Origin: Candidatus Latescibacterota bacterium
GTDB taxonomy: Bacteria; Krumholzibacteriota; Krumholzibacteriia; WVZY01; JAKEHA01
Direction of reading: 5' to 3'
NCBI GenBank assembly: GCA_963707635.1
Contig: OY970173.1
Coordinates: 2,368,001 to 2,432,000 of the forward strand
DNA length: 64,000 nucleotides
The number at the start of each line of letters is the position of its first letter. Positions within the stretch are counted from its first letter, which is position 1. Positions 1-9,473 of the stretch are shown here, one piece after another. Below the pieces are notes generated by a model. The model saw only the letters and a program-made list of their open reading frames with translations, made no database searches and was not told the DNA's origin. Position numbers and translations under genes: made by a program.

Positions 1-723
1 GCGCACGGCGCCGAAGTAGACCGCGTGCAGCCCGACCAGCGCGTAGGTGTAGTACGAAATCTGGAGGTGACCGCGCAGCATCGACAGCCCCAGCGTGATC
101 GACAGCGCGGCGGCGTTCATCAGCAGTCCGCGTCCGCGCCAGAGGCGGTCCCAGAAGTAGAGGGCGAACGGGAGGTACGCGACCGCGCACGCCTGGCTGC
201 CGTGTCCGTTGGCGCCGACCGCCACCAGGTTCGGCATCCACATCATGAACACGCCCGCCGCCATGGCGACGCCGGCATGCGCGCCGCGCGAGCGCACGAG
301 CAGGAACGTCCCCAGACCGGTGAGAAAGGTGTGGAACAGGAGCCACGTGTACTGGGGGAAGAACAGGAAGCGAACCAGGAGACCTAGAACGAAGTTCACC
401 GGGTACACGTACGGCGTGTACGCGAGGCTCCCATAGCTCGGCATCCCGGAAAAAAGGTACGGGTTCCACACCGGGTACGAGCCCGCCGCGAGCTGGCGCT
501 TGCCCACCGCCGCGAAGCTGGTCGCGGACTGGTTGTCGCTGGCGAAGAAGACCTTCCCCTCGAAGACAATCTCGCGGTAGAGCACCGCGATGGCGAGCAG
601 GAGAATGAGAACCGCCGCGACGGCAACGCGGCCCGGCCGGCTCTGCGCCGCGCGCGCCGGCTGGGCCTCGACGCGCGATTTCCGGGAATCAGGCCGGGCG
701 GGTCTGGGTGTCTTGGCGGACAT
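1..723 (-). CDS. YfhO-family polytopic membrane protein (GT-C-like); N-terminal part, runs off the window edge
   Basis: Translated by hand from ATG at 723: MSAKTPRP...AAVLILLLAIAVLYREIVFEGKVFFASD...YPVWNPYLFSGMPSY. The TM helix and the WNPYLFSGMP motif are typical of YfhO-like proteins. Absent from the ORF track because no stop falls in the window. Confidence 0.75.
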   Translation of the reverse strand, partial: MSAKTPRPARPDSRKSRVEAQPARAAQSRPGRVAVAAVLILLLAIAVLYREIVFEGKVFFASDNQSATSFAAVGKRQLAAGSYPVWNPYLFSGMPSYGSLAYTPYVYPVNFVLGLLVRFLFFPQYTWLLFHTFLTGLGTFLLVRSRGAHAGVAMAAGVFMMWMPNLVAVGANGHGSQACAVAYLPFALYFWDRLWRGRGLLMNAAALSITLGLSMLRGHLQISYYTYALVGLHAVYFGAVR

Positions 724-802
724 AATAGACAACGGGGCAAGATGATATCATGGGGTCGACCGGGCGTAAATTGCGATCTCCAAACGGCTTGAGCCTCTGT
801 GC

Positions 803-1948
803 TTAGCGCGTTTCCTCGCCCGCGCCGGCCTCGATCCCGGCGGCCCGAAAGACCGCGCGGGCACAGGAACTCCACGAGAACACCGCACGGTGGGCACGAA
901 TCGCCTCCGACATGCGCGGCGCCAGGCGTTCGTCGAAGAAACGGCCGATGGCCGCCGCGAGTTTCTCGGGCGAGTTCGGCGGCACCACGAAGCCCGTCCG
1001 CCCGTCGTCGACCACGTCGGGAAGGCCCCCGACCGCGGTGACGATGACCGGGACCGCGAACGCGTACGCGGTCTGCACGACCGCGCTCTGGGTCGCGGTC
1101 ACGTACGGCAGCACCGCCACGTCCGCCGACTTGAAATACGTCGGCACTTCCTCGTTCGGCACGTAGCGGTCCACGATCCGGACCCGGTGCCCGATCCCCA
1201 GCGCGCGGATGCGGTCGTCGTAGGGCCGCCGGCTTTCGTAGAACTCCCCGACCACGAGCAGCGTGGCGTCCAGCCGCTCCGCACAGAGCGCGAACGCATC
1301 CAGCAACGTCGCCAACCCCTTGTACGCGCGCACCAACCCGAAGAACAGAATGACGTTGCCTTCCACGCCGAGCCGGCGCCGCGCCTGTGCGCGATCGAGG
1401 TCGCCTTCGCGAAACAGATCGAACACCGGCATGGGGTTGAATTCGACACGCGCCTGCGGAAGGATCGACCGCAGCACCACCGCGTCCTCGCGCGACTGCA
1501 CCACGAACCCGTCGGATGCCCCGAGGCCCCAGCGCGTCAGCATGCGATCGAACCGTTTCGGCTCGTGGGGAAGCACGTTGTGGCATAGAAACACGATCCG
1601 CGCGCTTCCCTTCCCGGCCCGGGCGGCGATGGAACGGAACGCCGGTGCAAAAAACGGCTGCCACCACTGAAACACCACCAGGCCGGGGTCGAAGCGCGCG
1701 ATCGCGCGCGCCGCCCGGCGCCACGACAGCGGATTGATCGAATCGATCGCCCGGATGGCCTCGACGTGGACGAGCTCCCCGCTCTCGTCGAACTGGGTGC
1801 GGCCGGGAAACAGGAGCGACGGGTAGAGACGCGAGAACCCGACCACCTGCACCTGGTGGGAGGTCATGAACTCGCGCGCGAGCATCTGGGTGAAGTGGCT
1901 GATGCCGCCGCGGTACGGGTACGTGGGCCCAACCAGGCAGATCTTCAT
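803..1948 (-). CDS. GT4 family glycosyltransferase
   Basis: MKICLVGPTYPYRGGISHF...FFGLVRAYKG...LPYVTATQSAV...VGGLPDVV; GT-B fold motifs. True start is ATG 1948, inside the 702-aa track ORF. Confidence 0.9.
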   Translation of the reverse strand: MKICLVGPTYPYRGGISHFTQMLAREFMTSHQVQVVGFSRLYPSLLFPGRTQFDESGELVHVEAIRAIDSINPLSWRRAARAIARFDPGLVVFQWWQPFFAPAFRSIAARAGKGSARIVFLCHNVLPHEPKRFDRMLTRWGLGASDGFVVQSREDAVVLRSILPQARVEFNPMPVFDLFREGDLDRAQARRRLGVEGNVILFFGLVRAYKGLATLLDAFALCAERLDATLLVVGEFYESRRPYDDRIRALGIGHRVRIVDRYVPNEEVPTYFKSADVAVLPYVTATQSAVVQTAYAFAVPVIVTAVGGLPDVVDDGRTGFVVPPNSPEKLAAAIGRFFDERLAPRMSEAIRAHRAVFSWSSCARAVFRAAGIEAGAGEETR

Positions 1949-2911
1949 GCCTTCGCGCGGGGGCCGCGGCGCGGGGTGGTCTGGCCGCGAACGTGAAACT
2001 CCTTGAGGGCGTAGACCGCCTCGCGCGCGGTGTGCGCCGTGATCAACTCGGCGAGCAGTCCGATCGACGCAATCTGGAGCGCCACGATGACGAGCACGAA
2101 GCCGAGCAGCATGACCGGACGCACGCGCAGCGACTCGCCGCCGATCCACTCGACCAGGAACACGAGCTGGGGAGCGAGCCCGATCAGGAACAGAACCCCC
2201 GCAATCCTCCCGAAGAAGTGCAGCGGGTTGAGCGCCCGCCGGGTCACAAACATGGTGGTGATCAGGTCGAAGACGCCGTTCAAGAAGCGCCGCGCGCCGT
2301 ACTTGCTCCTGCCGTACTTGCGCCGGTAGTGCCGCACCGCGATTTCGTCCACGCGGAACCCCTCCCACACCGCCAGTGCGGGAATGAAGCGGTGCAGCTC
2401 GCCGTAGACCGCGATCGCGTCTGTGACCTCGCGCCGGTACAGCTTCAGCCCGCAGTTGAAGTCGTGGAGCTTCACCCCGGTGACGGCGGAGGTGACCGAG
2501 TTGAAGAGCCGCGACGGGAGTGTTTTCGAAACCGGGTCCTGCCGCTTGGCCTTCCACCCCGACACGAGGTCGGCGCCCGCGTCGATCCGGCGCAGCAGGT
2601 TCGGGATCTCCGCCGGGTCGTCCTGCAGGTCGGCGTCGATGGTGACCACGTAGTCGCCATCGACCTCGCGGAAGCCCGCGCTCAGCGCGGCGGATTTTCC
2701 GTAGTTGCGGCGAAAACTGATGATGTTGACCCGCGGCGAGCGCTGCGGCGAGCTCGCGCAGCACCGCCACCGTGCGATCGGTGCTGCCGTCGTCGACGAA
2801 CAGGTACTCGGCGTCGCAACCCAGCTCGGCCATGACCGCCTCGAGCTTCTCGAACAGCTCGGGCAGGCTTTCCTGCTCGTTGTAGCACGGCACCACGACG
2901 GAAATCTTCAC
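1945..2911 (-). pseudogene. GT2 polyprenol-phosphate glycosyltransferase (ArnC/DPM1/CsbB-like) with a single +1 frameshift near 2745; possibly an assembly error
   Basis: The N-terminus (ISVVVPCYNEQESL...VDDGSTDRT) is in one frame. It continues as SPRVNIISFRRNYGKSAAL...TIDADLQDDP...HDFNCGLK plus two C-terminal TM helices in another frame. Removing 1 nt gives about 321 aa. Confidence 0.85.
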
Positions 2912-2932
2912 TCGCTGCCTCGCTGGTTGGGG

Positions 2933-3907
2933 CTACGCCGGGTCGAGGCGGCGGATCGCCGCTTCCACCCATTCCACTTCGCGCTGGATTCCCTCTTCGA
3001 TGCCCACCCGCGGCGCGTACCCGAGCTCGCGCGACGCCAGGGCGATGTCGGCGTAGGTGTGCATCACGTCCCCCTTCTGGGCTTCTTGGTAACGCACGTC
3101 CAGCGATCCGCCGACGATGTTGCCGATCACGTCCAGCACGTGGTTGACGGAAACCCGGCTGCCACCCCCGACGTTGAAGGTCACCACGTCGCCCGCGTAG
3201 TCGGACGCGGCCAGGTTCGCCGCCACCGCGTCGGCGACGAAGGTGAAATCCCGCGTCTGGGTGCCCGAGCCGTACACCTCGATCGCCTCGCCGCGCAGGG
3301 CGGCCCGGATGAACCGGTGAAAGGCCATATCCGGGCGCTGGCGCGGGCCGTAGACGGTGAAGTAGCGCAGGCACACGACCGGCAGTCCGTAGTTGACGCC
3401 GTAGAGCGCGCACAGCGCTTCACCGGCGAGCTTCGTCACCCCGTAGGGCGAGAGCGGCCGCGTCGGGTGATCTTCCTTCATGGGGAGCACCGCGGTCTGG
3501 CCGTAGACCGAGCTCGAGCTCGAGTAGACCAGCCGGATGCCGCCGCGCCGGCGCATCGCCTCACACAGGCGCTGCGTGGCGCGGATGTTGTGCTCGAGGT
3601 AGTCCTCGAAGTCGGCGCCCCAGCTCCGGCGCACCCCCGCCTGCGCGGCGAGGTGGAACACTGCCGACGCGTCGGCGAGCAGGGCGTCGAGGTCGAGGCT
3701 GGTCAGCGAGCCCTCGACGAGACGAAAGCGGTCGCTGCGCAACAGCCCGGCGAGATTGTCGCGCTTGACGCGCGGGTCGTAGTAGGGAGAGAAGCAGTCG
3801 ACCCCCACAACCGAATCGCCGCGTGCCACCAGCGCGTCGGCCACGTGGGATCCGATGAACCCCGCGACGCCCGTTACCACGACGGAATTCGTCATGGCTC
3901 GCGTCAC
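2933..3907 (-). CDS. NAD-dependent nucleotide-sugar epimerase/dehydratase (UDP-glucuronate/UDP-glucose 4-epimerase-like)
   Basis: GVAGFIG Rossmann motif, HLAAQAGVR, SSSSVYG, catalytic YGVTK, YFTVYGPRQRPDMAF. Confidence 0.92.
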   Translation of the reverse strand: MTRAMTNSVVVTGVAGFIGSHVADALVARGDSVVGVDCFSPYYDPRVKRDNLAGLLRSDRFRLVEGSLTSLDLDALLADASAVFHLAAQAGVRRSWGADFEDYLEHNIRATQRLCEAMRRRGGIRLVYSSSSSVYGQTAVLPMKEDHPTRPLSPYGVTKLAGEALCALYGVNYGLPVVCLRYFTVYGPRQRPDMAFHRFIRAALRGEAIEVYGSGTQTRDFTFVADAVAANLAASDYAGDVVTFNVGGGSRVSVNHVLDVIGNIVGGSLDVRYQEAQKGDVMHTYADIALASRELGYAPRVGIEEGIQREVEWVEAAIRRLDPA

Positions 3908-6387
3908 GGCCCGCCCTTGCCGGGGTTCTGCAGCTCGCTTTCGAAGTACTTCAGCGATTCTCTGGCGCTGGAGTCGTCCGGGTGACGGGTCAGCCAGCTT
4001 TGCATGTAGGCGCGGGCGCGCTCCACCATCCCGGCGCGCGCGGCCAGGGTGAACGCCATCACATTCAAGTCCTGATTCTCCGGGTCCTGCCGCAGGAGCG
4101 GGTCGACGAGGTCGAGCGCCTTGGCGAACTCGCCGGTTCGCTCGTAGATGCTGGCCAGGCGGAACATCATCTGCGCGTCGCCGGGCGACTTCCTCAACGC
4201 CTCCTGATAGAACAAGATCGCCTGGCTGGTGTCGCCGGCGTCGAAGTAGTAGAGGCCCAGCAGCTGCGCCGGCACGCCGAGCTGGGGCGAGATCTGATCG
4301 GCGACCTCCATATAATGAATCGCGGTCTTGAAGTCACCCGCCTGGTGCTTCGCGTACGCGAGCTCCATGAACGCCACGCTGTAGTTCTGGATCAGGTGCA
4401 CGATGTGCGGCGCGAGGTAGATGCTCCCGTCGCGTTTCCAGTCGGCCGTGAGAATGCCGCTGTACTTGAATTCGTGCACGATGCATCGCTCGAGTCTCTC
4501 CACGTTGACCATGCGTTCGCCCTTGCGCGCCACCACCTCGTACGCCATGCCCTGCATTTCCAGAATGTCCCGGTAGGGCGCAAAGGTCGACGCGGGGATC
4601 GTCACCGCGAAGTAGATCGGCCGCTCGAACCGGTTGGTGAACAGGATGTGGTTGACCGCCTGGTCGCGGATCAGGACCCAACCGTCCTTCGACGGGCGCG
4701 GCGTCAGCGCATCGATATCCTCGTCCTTCCACGCGATCGGAACCCGGGGCTCGTTGTCGCGGCACTGCTTGATGTACCACGGCGTGTTCAACAGGCTCAG
4801 GTTCACCACGCGCACGTCCTTGCGAAACCCCTCCACCTCCTGGATGTACCACAGCGGAAAGGTGTCGTTGTCGCCGTTGGTGAACAGGACGGCGTTTGGA
4901 TCCAGGCACGCCAGCATGTTTCGCGCGTACTCGGCACAGACGCGGTTGTGAGAGCGATCGTGCGAAAAATAGTGGCGTTTGAGGGTGAAAATCGGAAACG
5001 CGAGAAACACCGCGCACACCGCCGCCGTGATCGGCACCGAGCCGCGCGACTTCGCCAGCCCGTTCTGGATCTCGCGCAGGACGCTCGCCGCGCCGATGCC
5101 GAGGAAGATCGCGAAATAGTAAAATCCGCTCGAATAGAAGTAGTCGCGCTCGCGCACTTCGCTGTCGGAGAAATTCAGGAACACGACCAGGCCGAGGGTC
5201 GTCACCAGCAGCGTGACGAACAGCATCACGAACGTCTTGCGGTGCTTCGCGAACTGGTCGACCATGCCCCAGATGCCGAGCGCGATGGGTAGGAGCGAAC
5301 CGAGATTCAGATGCCCCACGTAGGACGAGAACATCTGGAACTGCGCCTGAAAGTAGCCGTTGAAGTGCTGGAGCTGGAAACCGAAATCGGCCTTGCGCTT
5401 GAGCACGCTCATGGGCGGATACTGTTCGCGGCGCAGGACCGCGTACAGGCTGCGCCACGTCTCCGGATTGCCCTCGTCGATCGCGGGGTTGTGCAGCGAA
5501 CGAATCAGCAGCATCAGGTGGACCGACAGACCGAGCACGAACAGCCCGGAGCATATCGCCGCAAACGGCGACCGTTTCACGTAGAGCCAGGCGATCAGCA
5601 CGGCGAGCCCGATCAGCAGCGCCAGCGTGAGCGCCCCGTTTCGATACATGGTCGCGTCGGCGATGAAGGTCGCCACGCACAGCGTGGCCACCAGCCACTC
5701 CAGGGTCGAGAAGGGGCGGTCCCTGGACATGAGGACGAAGAAGAAGATGCCGGAAAAGACCAGCACGGTCCCGAGGTGGAACCCCACACTCAGCGCGAGC
5801 AGGTAGAACACGAGGTAGATGAGCCACGTGGACTGCCGCGTCTTGGGCAGGTCCCCCCACTTCAACGCGAGCCACGTCATGAATCCCATGAACGCGTTGC
5901 TCATCGCGTAGACCTCGGCCTCGGTCGAATTGACCCAGTAGGTGTCGCTGAACGCGAGGAACAGCGCCCCGGTGAGCGCCCCCGCCGTCCGCGTGACGGC
6001 GTCGGCCACCGTCCGGCTCGGCCCGACCATGTCGTCGAAGAAGCGAACCGCCAGCGCGAACACGAACAGGATGCCGGCGGCGCCGCAGAACGCCGACAGA
6101 AGGTTCACGCGCTGCGCGATGTTGAGCAGCGGAATCGGCAAGAGCGTGGCGACCTTGGCCACCAGCACGTACAGCGGCGTCCCCGGCGAGTGCGGAATGC
6201 CCAGAATGTGGGCCGACGCGATGAATTCGCCCGAGTCCCAGAACGGCGACGTCGCCTCCATGGTGCGCGCGTAGAGCGCGAGGCTGCCGAAAAAGGAAAT
6301 GGCGGCGCCGACCCAGAAGATCCGGCGCGCCGTGCGCGCCTCGGAGGCCGAGGGGACGGCGGGAGTGGGAGGACTGCTTTGCTTCAT
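3904..6387 (-). CDS. DUF2723 / TMEM260-like GT-C membrane protein with C-terminal TPR repeats
   Basis: FWDSGEFIASAHILGIPHSPGTPLY, STEAEVYA, VRERDYF and FTNGDNDTFPLWYIQEVEGFRKDVRVVNLSLLNTPWY motifs; about 11 TM segments; TPR-like helical tail. Confidence 0.85.
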   Translation of the reverse strand: MKQSSPPTPAVPSASEARTARRIFWVGAAISFFGSLALYARTMEATSPFWDSGEFIASAHILGIPHSPGTPLYVLVAKVATLLPIPLLNIAQRVNLLSAFCGAAGILFVFALAVRFFDDMVGPSRTVADAVTRTAGALTGALFLAFSDTYWVNSTEAEVYAMSNAFMGFMTWLALKWGDLPKTRQSTWLIYLVFYLLALSVGFHLGTVLVFSGIFFFVLMSRDRPFSTLEWLVATLCVATFIADATMYRNGALTLALLIGLAVLIAWLYVKRSPFAAICSGLFVLGLSVHLMLLIRSLHNPAIDEGNPETWRSLYAVLRREQYPPMSVLKRKADFGFQLQHFNGYFQAQFQMFSSYVGHLNLGSLLPIALGIWGMVDQFAKHRKTFVMLFVTLLVTTLGLVVFLNFSDSEVRERDYFYSSGFYYFAIFLGIGAASVLREIQNGLAKSRGSVPITAAVCAVFLAFPIFTLKRHYFSHDRSHNRVCAEYARNMLACLDPNAVLFTNGDNDTFPLWYIQEVEGFRKDVRVVNLSLLNTPWYIKQCRDNEPRVPIAWKDEDIDALTPRPSKDGWVLIRDQAVNHILFTNRFERPIYFAVTIPASTFAPYRDILEMQGMAYEVVARKGERMVNVERLERCIVHEFKYSGILTADWKRDGSIYLAPHIVHLIQNYSVAFMELAYAKHQAGDFKTAIHYMEVADQISPQLGVPAQLLGLYYFDAGDTSQAILFYQEALRKSPGDAQMMFRLASIYERTGEFAKALDLVDPLLRQDPENQDLNVMAFTLAARAGMVERARAYMQSWLTRHPDDSSARESLKYFESELQNPGKGGP

Positions 6388-6544
6388 GCGTGCGTGCGGC
6401 GGAGCCAGCCGTCCCCGGTCGGGGCTTTGCGACGTGGGGAGCCCTGCGCGCGGGTTCCCTCCCTTGTATGCGACTACGCCCCGGAAGGTTCCCGGGCGGG
6501 CGGCGGCACGCGCCGACCACCGTACCCGATGCCGACTCGATCGA

Positions 6545-7549
6545 TCAAGCGGGAAAACGGCGGGTCCCGGGGGCGTCGACGCGGCGCGCCACGAAGTACG
6601 CCAGGCCGACGAGGCTCACCACAACCGAGATCACGTAGGTCAAGAACTCGAGCGTGAACGCGTCCGCTCGGCCGATCCCCGCCTCCGCGAACAGGAGGAT
6701 TCCGAGCCCCTCCCGCACCCCCAGCCCATTGATGGTGATGGGCGGGATCATCGCCAGGCTCAAGAGCGGCACGAACACGAAGAACTGGCACAGGAGGATC
6801 CGGTCGACGGGAATCCCGAGCGCCAGTCCGACCAGCACGTGCGTCAACACGCGCAGCGCCTGGATCACGACGGAGAACGCGGCGAGCCGGGCCACGAGCG
6901 GGCGCCGGCCCTTGAACGGCCCGAGGTGGTCCAGAATGGACGTCACGCGCCGGTCGAGCGCGAGCGGGCGCATGCGCAGCACGGTTCTGCGCAGCGTGTT
7001 CCCGAGCGGGCGGAAGAAATAGAAACCCGCGGCCGGGATCATGCACGCACCGAAAAGGGCGAGGTAGAACCAGTAGTGCGGCCCGCGATCGAGCAGGAAC
7101 AGGTCGGCGACCGCGGCCAGTGCGCACAGGCTGAAGACCCCCAGCAGCCGGTCGAGCAGCGTCACCGCGATGACCTGGTACGGATCGGCCCCCAGGCGGG
7201 AGACGTCGTACACTTTGACCGCGTCGCCGCCGACGTTGGCCGGCAGAAAATTATTGAAGAAGAGTCCGACCGAGTAGAAGCCGAACGTATCGCGCGCGGG
7301 GAGCGCTACTCCGCTCGAGCGCAGCAGCAGGTGCCACTGATACCAACCCGCCACCGTGCTCGCGAAAAAGACCACGACCGCGGCCGCGAGCATCGCCCCG
7401 TCGATGCGGTGCAGGAGTGCTTCCAGCTCGGCCAGCGAGACCTTGCGCACGAGGAACACCATGAGCGCCGCGCTCACGGTGATCTTGACGACCCAGCGGA
7501 GCGTGCGCGACGCGCGCCCTTCCGGCCCCTTGCCGCCGCCGACGTTCAT
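6545..7549 (-). CDS. Lysylphosphatidylglycerol-synthase TM domain / UPF0104 flippase-like membrane protein
   Basis: GLFFNNFLPANVGGDAVK, LLDRLLG and PPITINGLGVREG motifs. Start ATG 7549 overlaps the upstream stop (ATGA). Confidence 0.88.
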   Translation of the reverse strand: MNVGGGKGPEGRASRTLRWVVKITVSAALMVFLVRKVSLAELEALLHRIDGAMLAAAVVVFFASTVAGWYQWHLLLRSSGVALPARDTFGFYSVGLFFNNFLPANVGGDAVKVYDVSRLGADPYQVIAVTLLDRLLGVFSLCALAAVADLFLLDRGPHYWFYLALFGACMIPAAGFYFFRPLGNTLRRTVLRMRPLALDRRVTSILDHLGPFKGRRPLVARLAAFSVVIQALRVLTHVLVGLALGIPVDRILLCQFFVFVPLLSLAMIPPITINGLGVREGLGILLFAEAGIGRADAFTLEFLTYVISVVVSLVGLAYFVARRVDAPGTRRFPA

Positions 7550-8685
7550 GGCTTCGACTCCGCCAGCGCCCGCCGGAACACGAGCTCCATTTCGTCCGCG
7601 GTTCGTTCCCACGTGAGCGACCGGGCCCACTCCACCGCGGCCCCGCTCATCCGGCTCCACAGCTCCGCGTCGGTGAGCAGCTCGAGGGCGCGCGCCGCGA
7701 ACGCGTCCGCGTCGCCGTACGGCACCAGAAAACCGGTCTCGCCGTCGCGAATCGAGTCCCGCAACCCGGGGCGGTCGCTCCCCACCACCGGCACGCCGCA
7801 CGCGTTCGCCTCGACCACGGTCAACCCCCACCCTTCCTTCGGGCTCGCGTTCAGGAACACGTGGCACCGATTGAGCGTCTCGACGATCTCGCGCGCGCCC
7901 AGCCGGCCGGTGAACGACACCGCGTCGCCGATGCCGAGGCGCCCCGCCAGCCGCTTGAGCGCGGCCAGCTCGGGCCCTTCGCCGATCACCACCAGGCGCG
8001 CCGCCGGAATCCGGCGCCGCACCCGCTCGAAGGCGTGCAGCACGACATCGATCGACTTGTACTTGCGCACGCGTCCGAAGTGCACCAGCGTCGGCACCCG
8101 CTCGCGCTCCACCCCGGGCACGCGGCGAAACAGGCCGTGGTCGAGGCCACACAGGACCACGTCGATCCGCTCGGCCGCGACCCCGCGCGCCACCAGGTCG
8201 TCGCGCGTGCTGGGAGAGATTACCGCGAAGCGGCACCGCCGGTAGACGCGCGGGATCAGGAGCTCCCAGGCCCGCACGTAGGCCGCGAACACCGGGTTGG
8301 TTTCGCGAAACACGGTCGCACCGAAGAGGTGCGGGACCACGGGCAGGACAGGGACGCGCGTGTGCCACGGCATCAGGAACGGAATCTTGTTGATGTCGTC
8401 GAGCACGAGGTCGGCGGATTCGTGGGCGAGAAACCTGCCGGCCGCGCGCGGCAGCGCGAAGTTCGCGTCCCACCACCGCCCCGAGCGCAGCACGTGCACG
8501 CCGTCCACGGTCTCGTCGGGAGCCGCGCCCGGGTACGCACTGGCGAACAGCGTCGCGCGGTGCCCGCGTGCGACCATGCGCTTCAGAATCTCGTGCAGGT
8601 GGATCTCGGCGCCGCCCGCGTCCGGGTGGCGGATGTCCCGCCAATTGACCGCGACCAGATGCAGTAGCAGCGGGAGCGCGCTCAC
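7546..8685 (-). CDS. GT4 family glycosyltransferase
   Basis: NWRDIRHPDAGGAE, FGRVRKYKSID, KEGWGLTVVEANACGVPVV. GTG start overlaps the upstream TGA. Confidence 0.92.
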   Translation of the reverse strand: MSALPLLLHLVAVNWRDIRHPDAGGAEIHLHEILKRMVARGHRATLFASAYPGAAPDETVDGVHVLRSGRWWDANFALPRAAGRFLAHESADLVLDDINKIPFLMPWHTRVPVLPVVPHLFGATVFRETNPVFAAYVRAWELLIPRVYRRCRFAVISPSTRDDLVARGVAAERIDVVLCGLDHGLFRRVPGVERERVPTLVHFGRVRKYKSIDVVLHAFERVRRRIPAARLVVIGEGPELAALKRLAGRLGIGDAVSFTGRLGAREIVETLNRCHVFLNASPKEGWGLTVVEANACGVPVVGSDRPGLRDSIRDGETGFLVPYGDADAFAARALELLTDAELWSRMSGAAVEWARSLTWERTADEMELVFRRALAESKP

Positions 8686-9443
8686 TCGGGTTTCCGCCCC
8701 AGGCAACCGATCACCATCGACGTCCCCAGGCGCACGCGCTCCGGCAGGAGCTCGCGCGCCGATGCGCGGGCGCGCTCGAGCCGCGGCGACGCAAACGGGT
8801 GCATCGGCAGGCGCACCCCGGCCTTGAGCAGCGTGCGTCGCGCCCCGCGGTACCACACCGGCGGGAACAGATTCGCGCCGTACTGGCCGACCACGCGCAG
8901 CCCCGCCGCCTCCACGAGCCCGCGCAGCTCGCGCGCGGAAAACTCGGTCTCCCACCCCGCGAACCAGCGGTTGACCGCCATCAGCGCGTGTTTCAAGAGC
9001 GTGTAGTAGTGGTAGCGCTGGGGCACGTCCACCAGCAAATGGCCCCCGCGCACCAGCACGCGGTGGTTCTCGCGCAAGAGCGACAGCGGGTCGCGGAAGT
9101 GTTCGAGCAGCCCCTGGTGAAACACCACGTCGAACGACTCGGCGCGAAACGGCAGCGCGGTCGCGTCACCGCACACGATGCGCATTTCCTCGCCCGCCAC
9201 CGCGCGCATGACGCGCAGCGACTCGTCGCTGTAGTCCAGGGTCCACACCTCGGCGCCGCGCCGCGCCAGCTCGAGGCTGTCGCGGCCGGTCCCGGCGCCC
9301 ACCTCCAGCACGCGCGCGCCCCGCAGGTCGAGGTGCGCCGCCAGGAACGTGACCACGCGGCCGTCGTTGGCGTACACGTCGCCCAGCTCCGGCGAGGACG
9401 ACCAGAACTCGTCCCAGTGTTTCTTCTCGGAGGTACGGCCCAT
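8682..9443 (-). CDS. Class I SAM-dependent methyltransferase
   Basis: VLEVGAGTG motif I, GDATALPF, FDVVFHQGLLEHF. Confidence 0.9.
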   Translation of the reverse strand: MGRTSEKKHWDEFWSSSPELGDVYANDGRVVTFLAAHLDLRGARVLEVGAGTGRDSLELARRGAEVWTLDYSDESLRVMRAVAGEEMRIVCGDATALPFRAESFDVVFHQGLLEHFRDPLSLLRENHRVLVRGGHLLVDVPQRYHYYTLLKHALMAVNRWFAGWETEFSARELRGLVEAAGLRVVGQYGANLFPPVWYRGARRTLLKAGVRLPMHPFASPRLERARASARELLPERVRLGTSMVIGCLGRKPE

Positions 9444-9473
9444 GCAGCGCGGGTGGGTGCGAACGCGGCCGCG

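Noticed and set aside
803..2911. Apparent 702-aa GT2-GT4 fusion in the ORF track
   Set aside because: An artefact of the +1 frameshift near 2745. The middle is off-frame GT2 sequence, and the GT4 has its own ATG at 1948.
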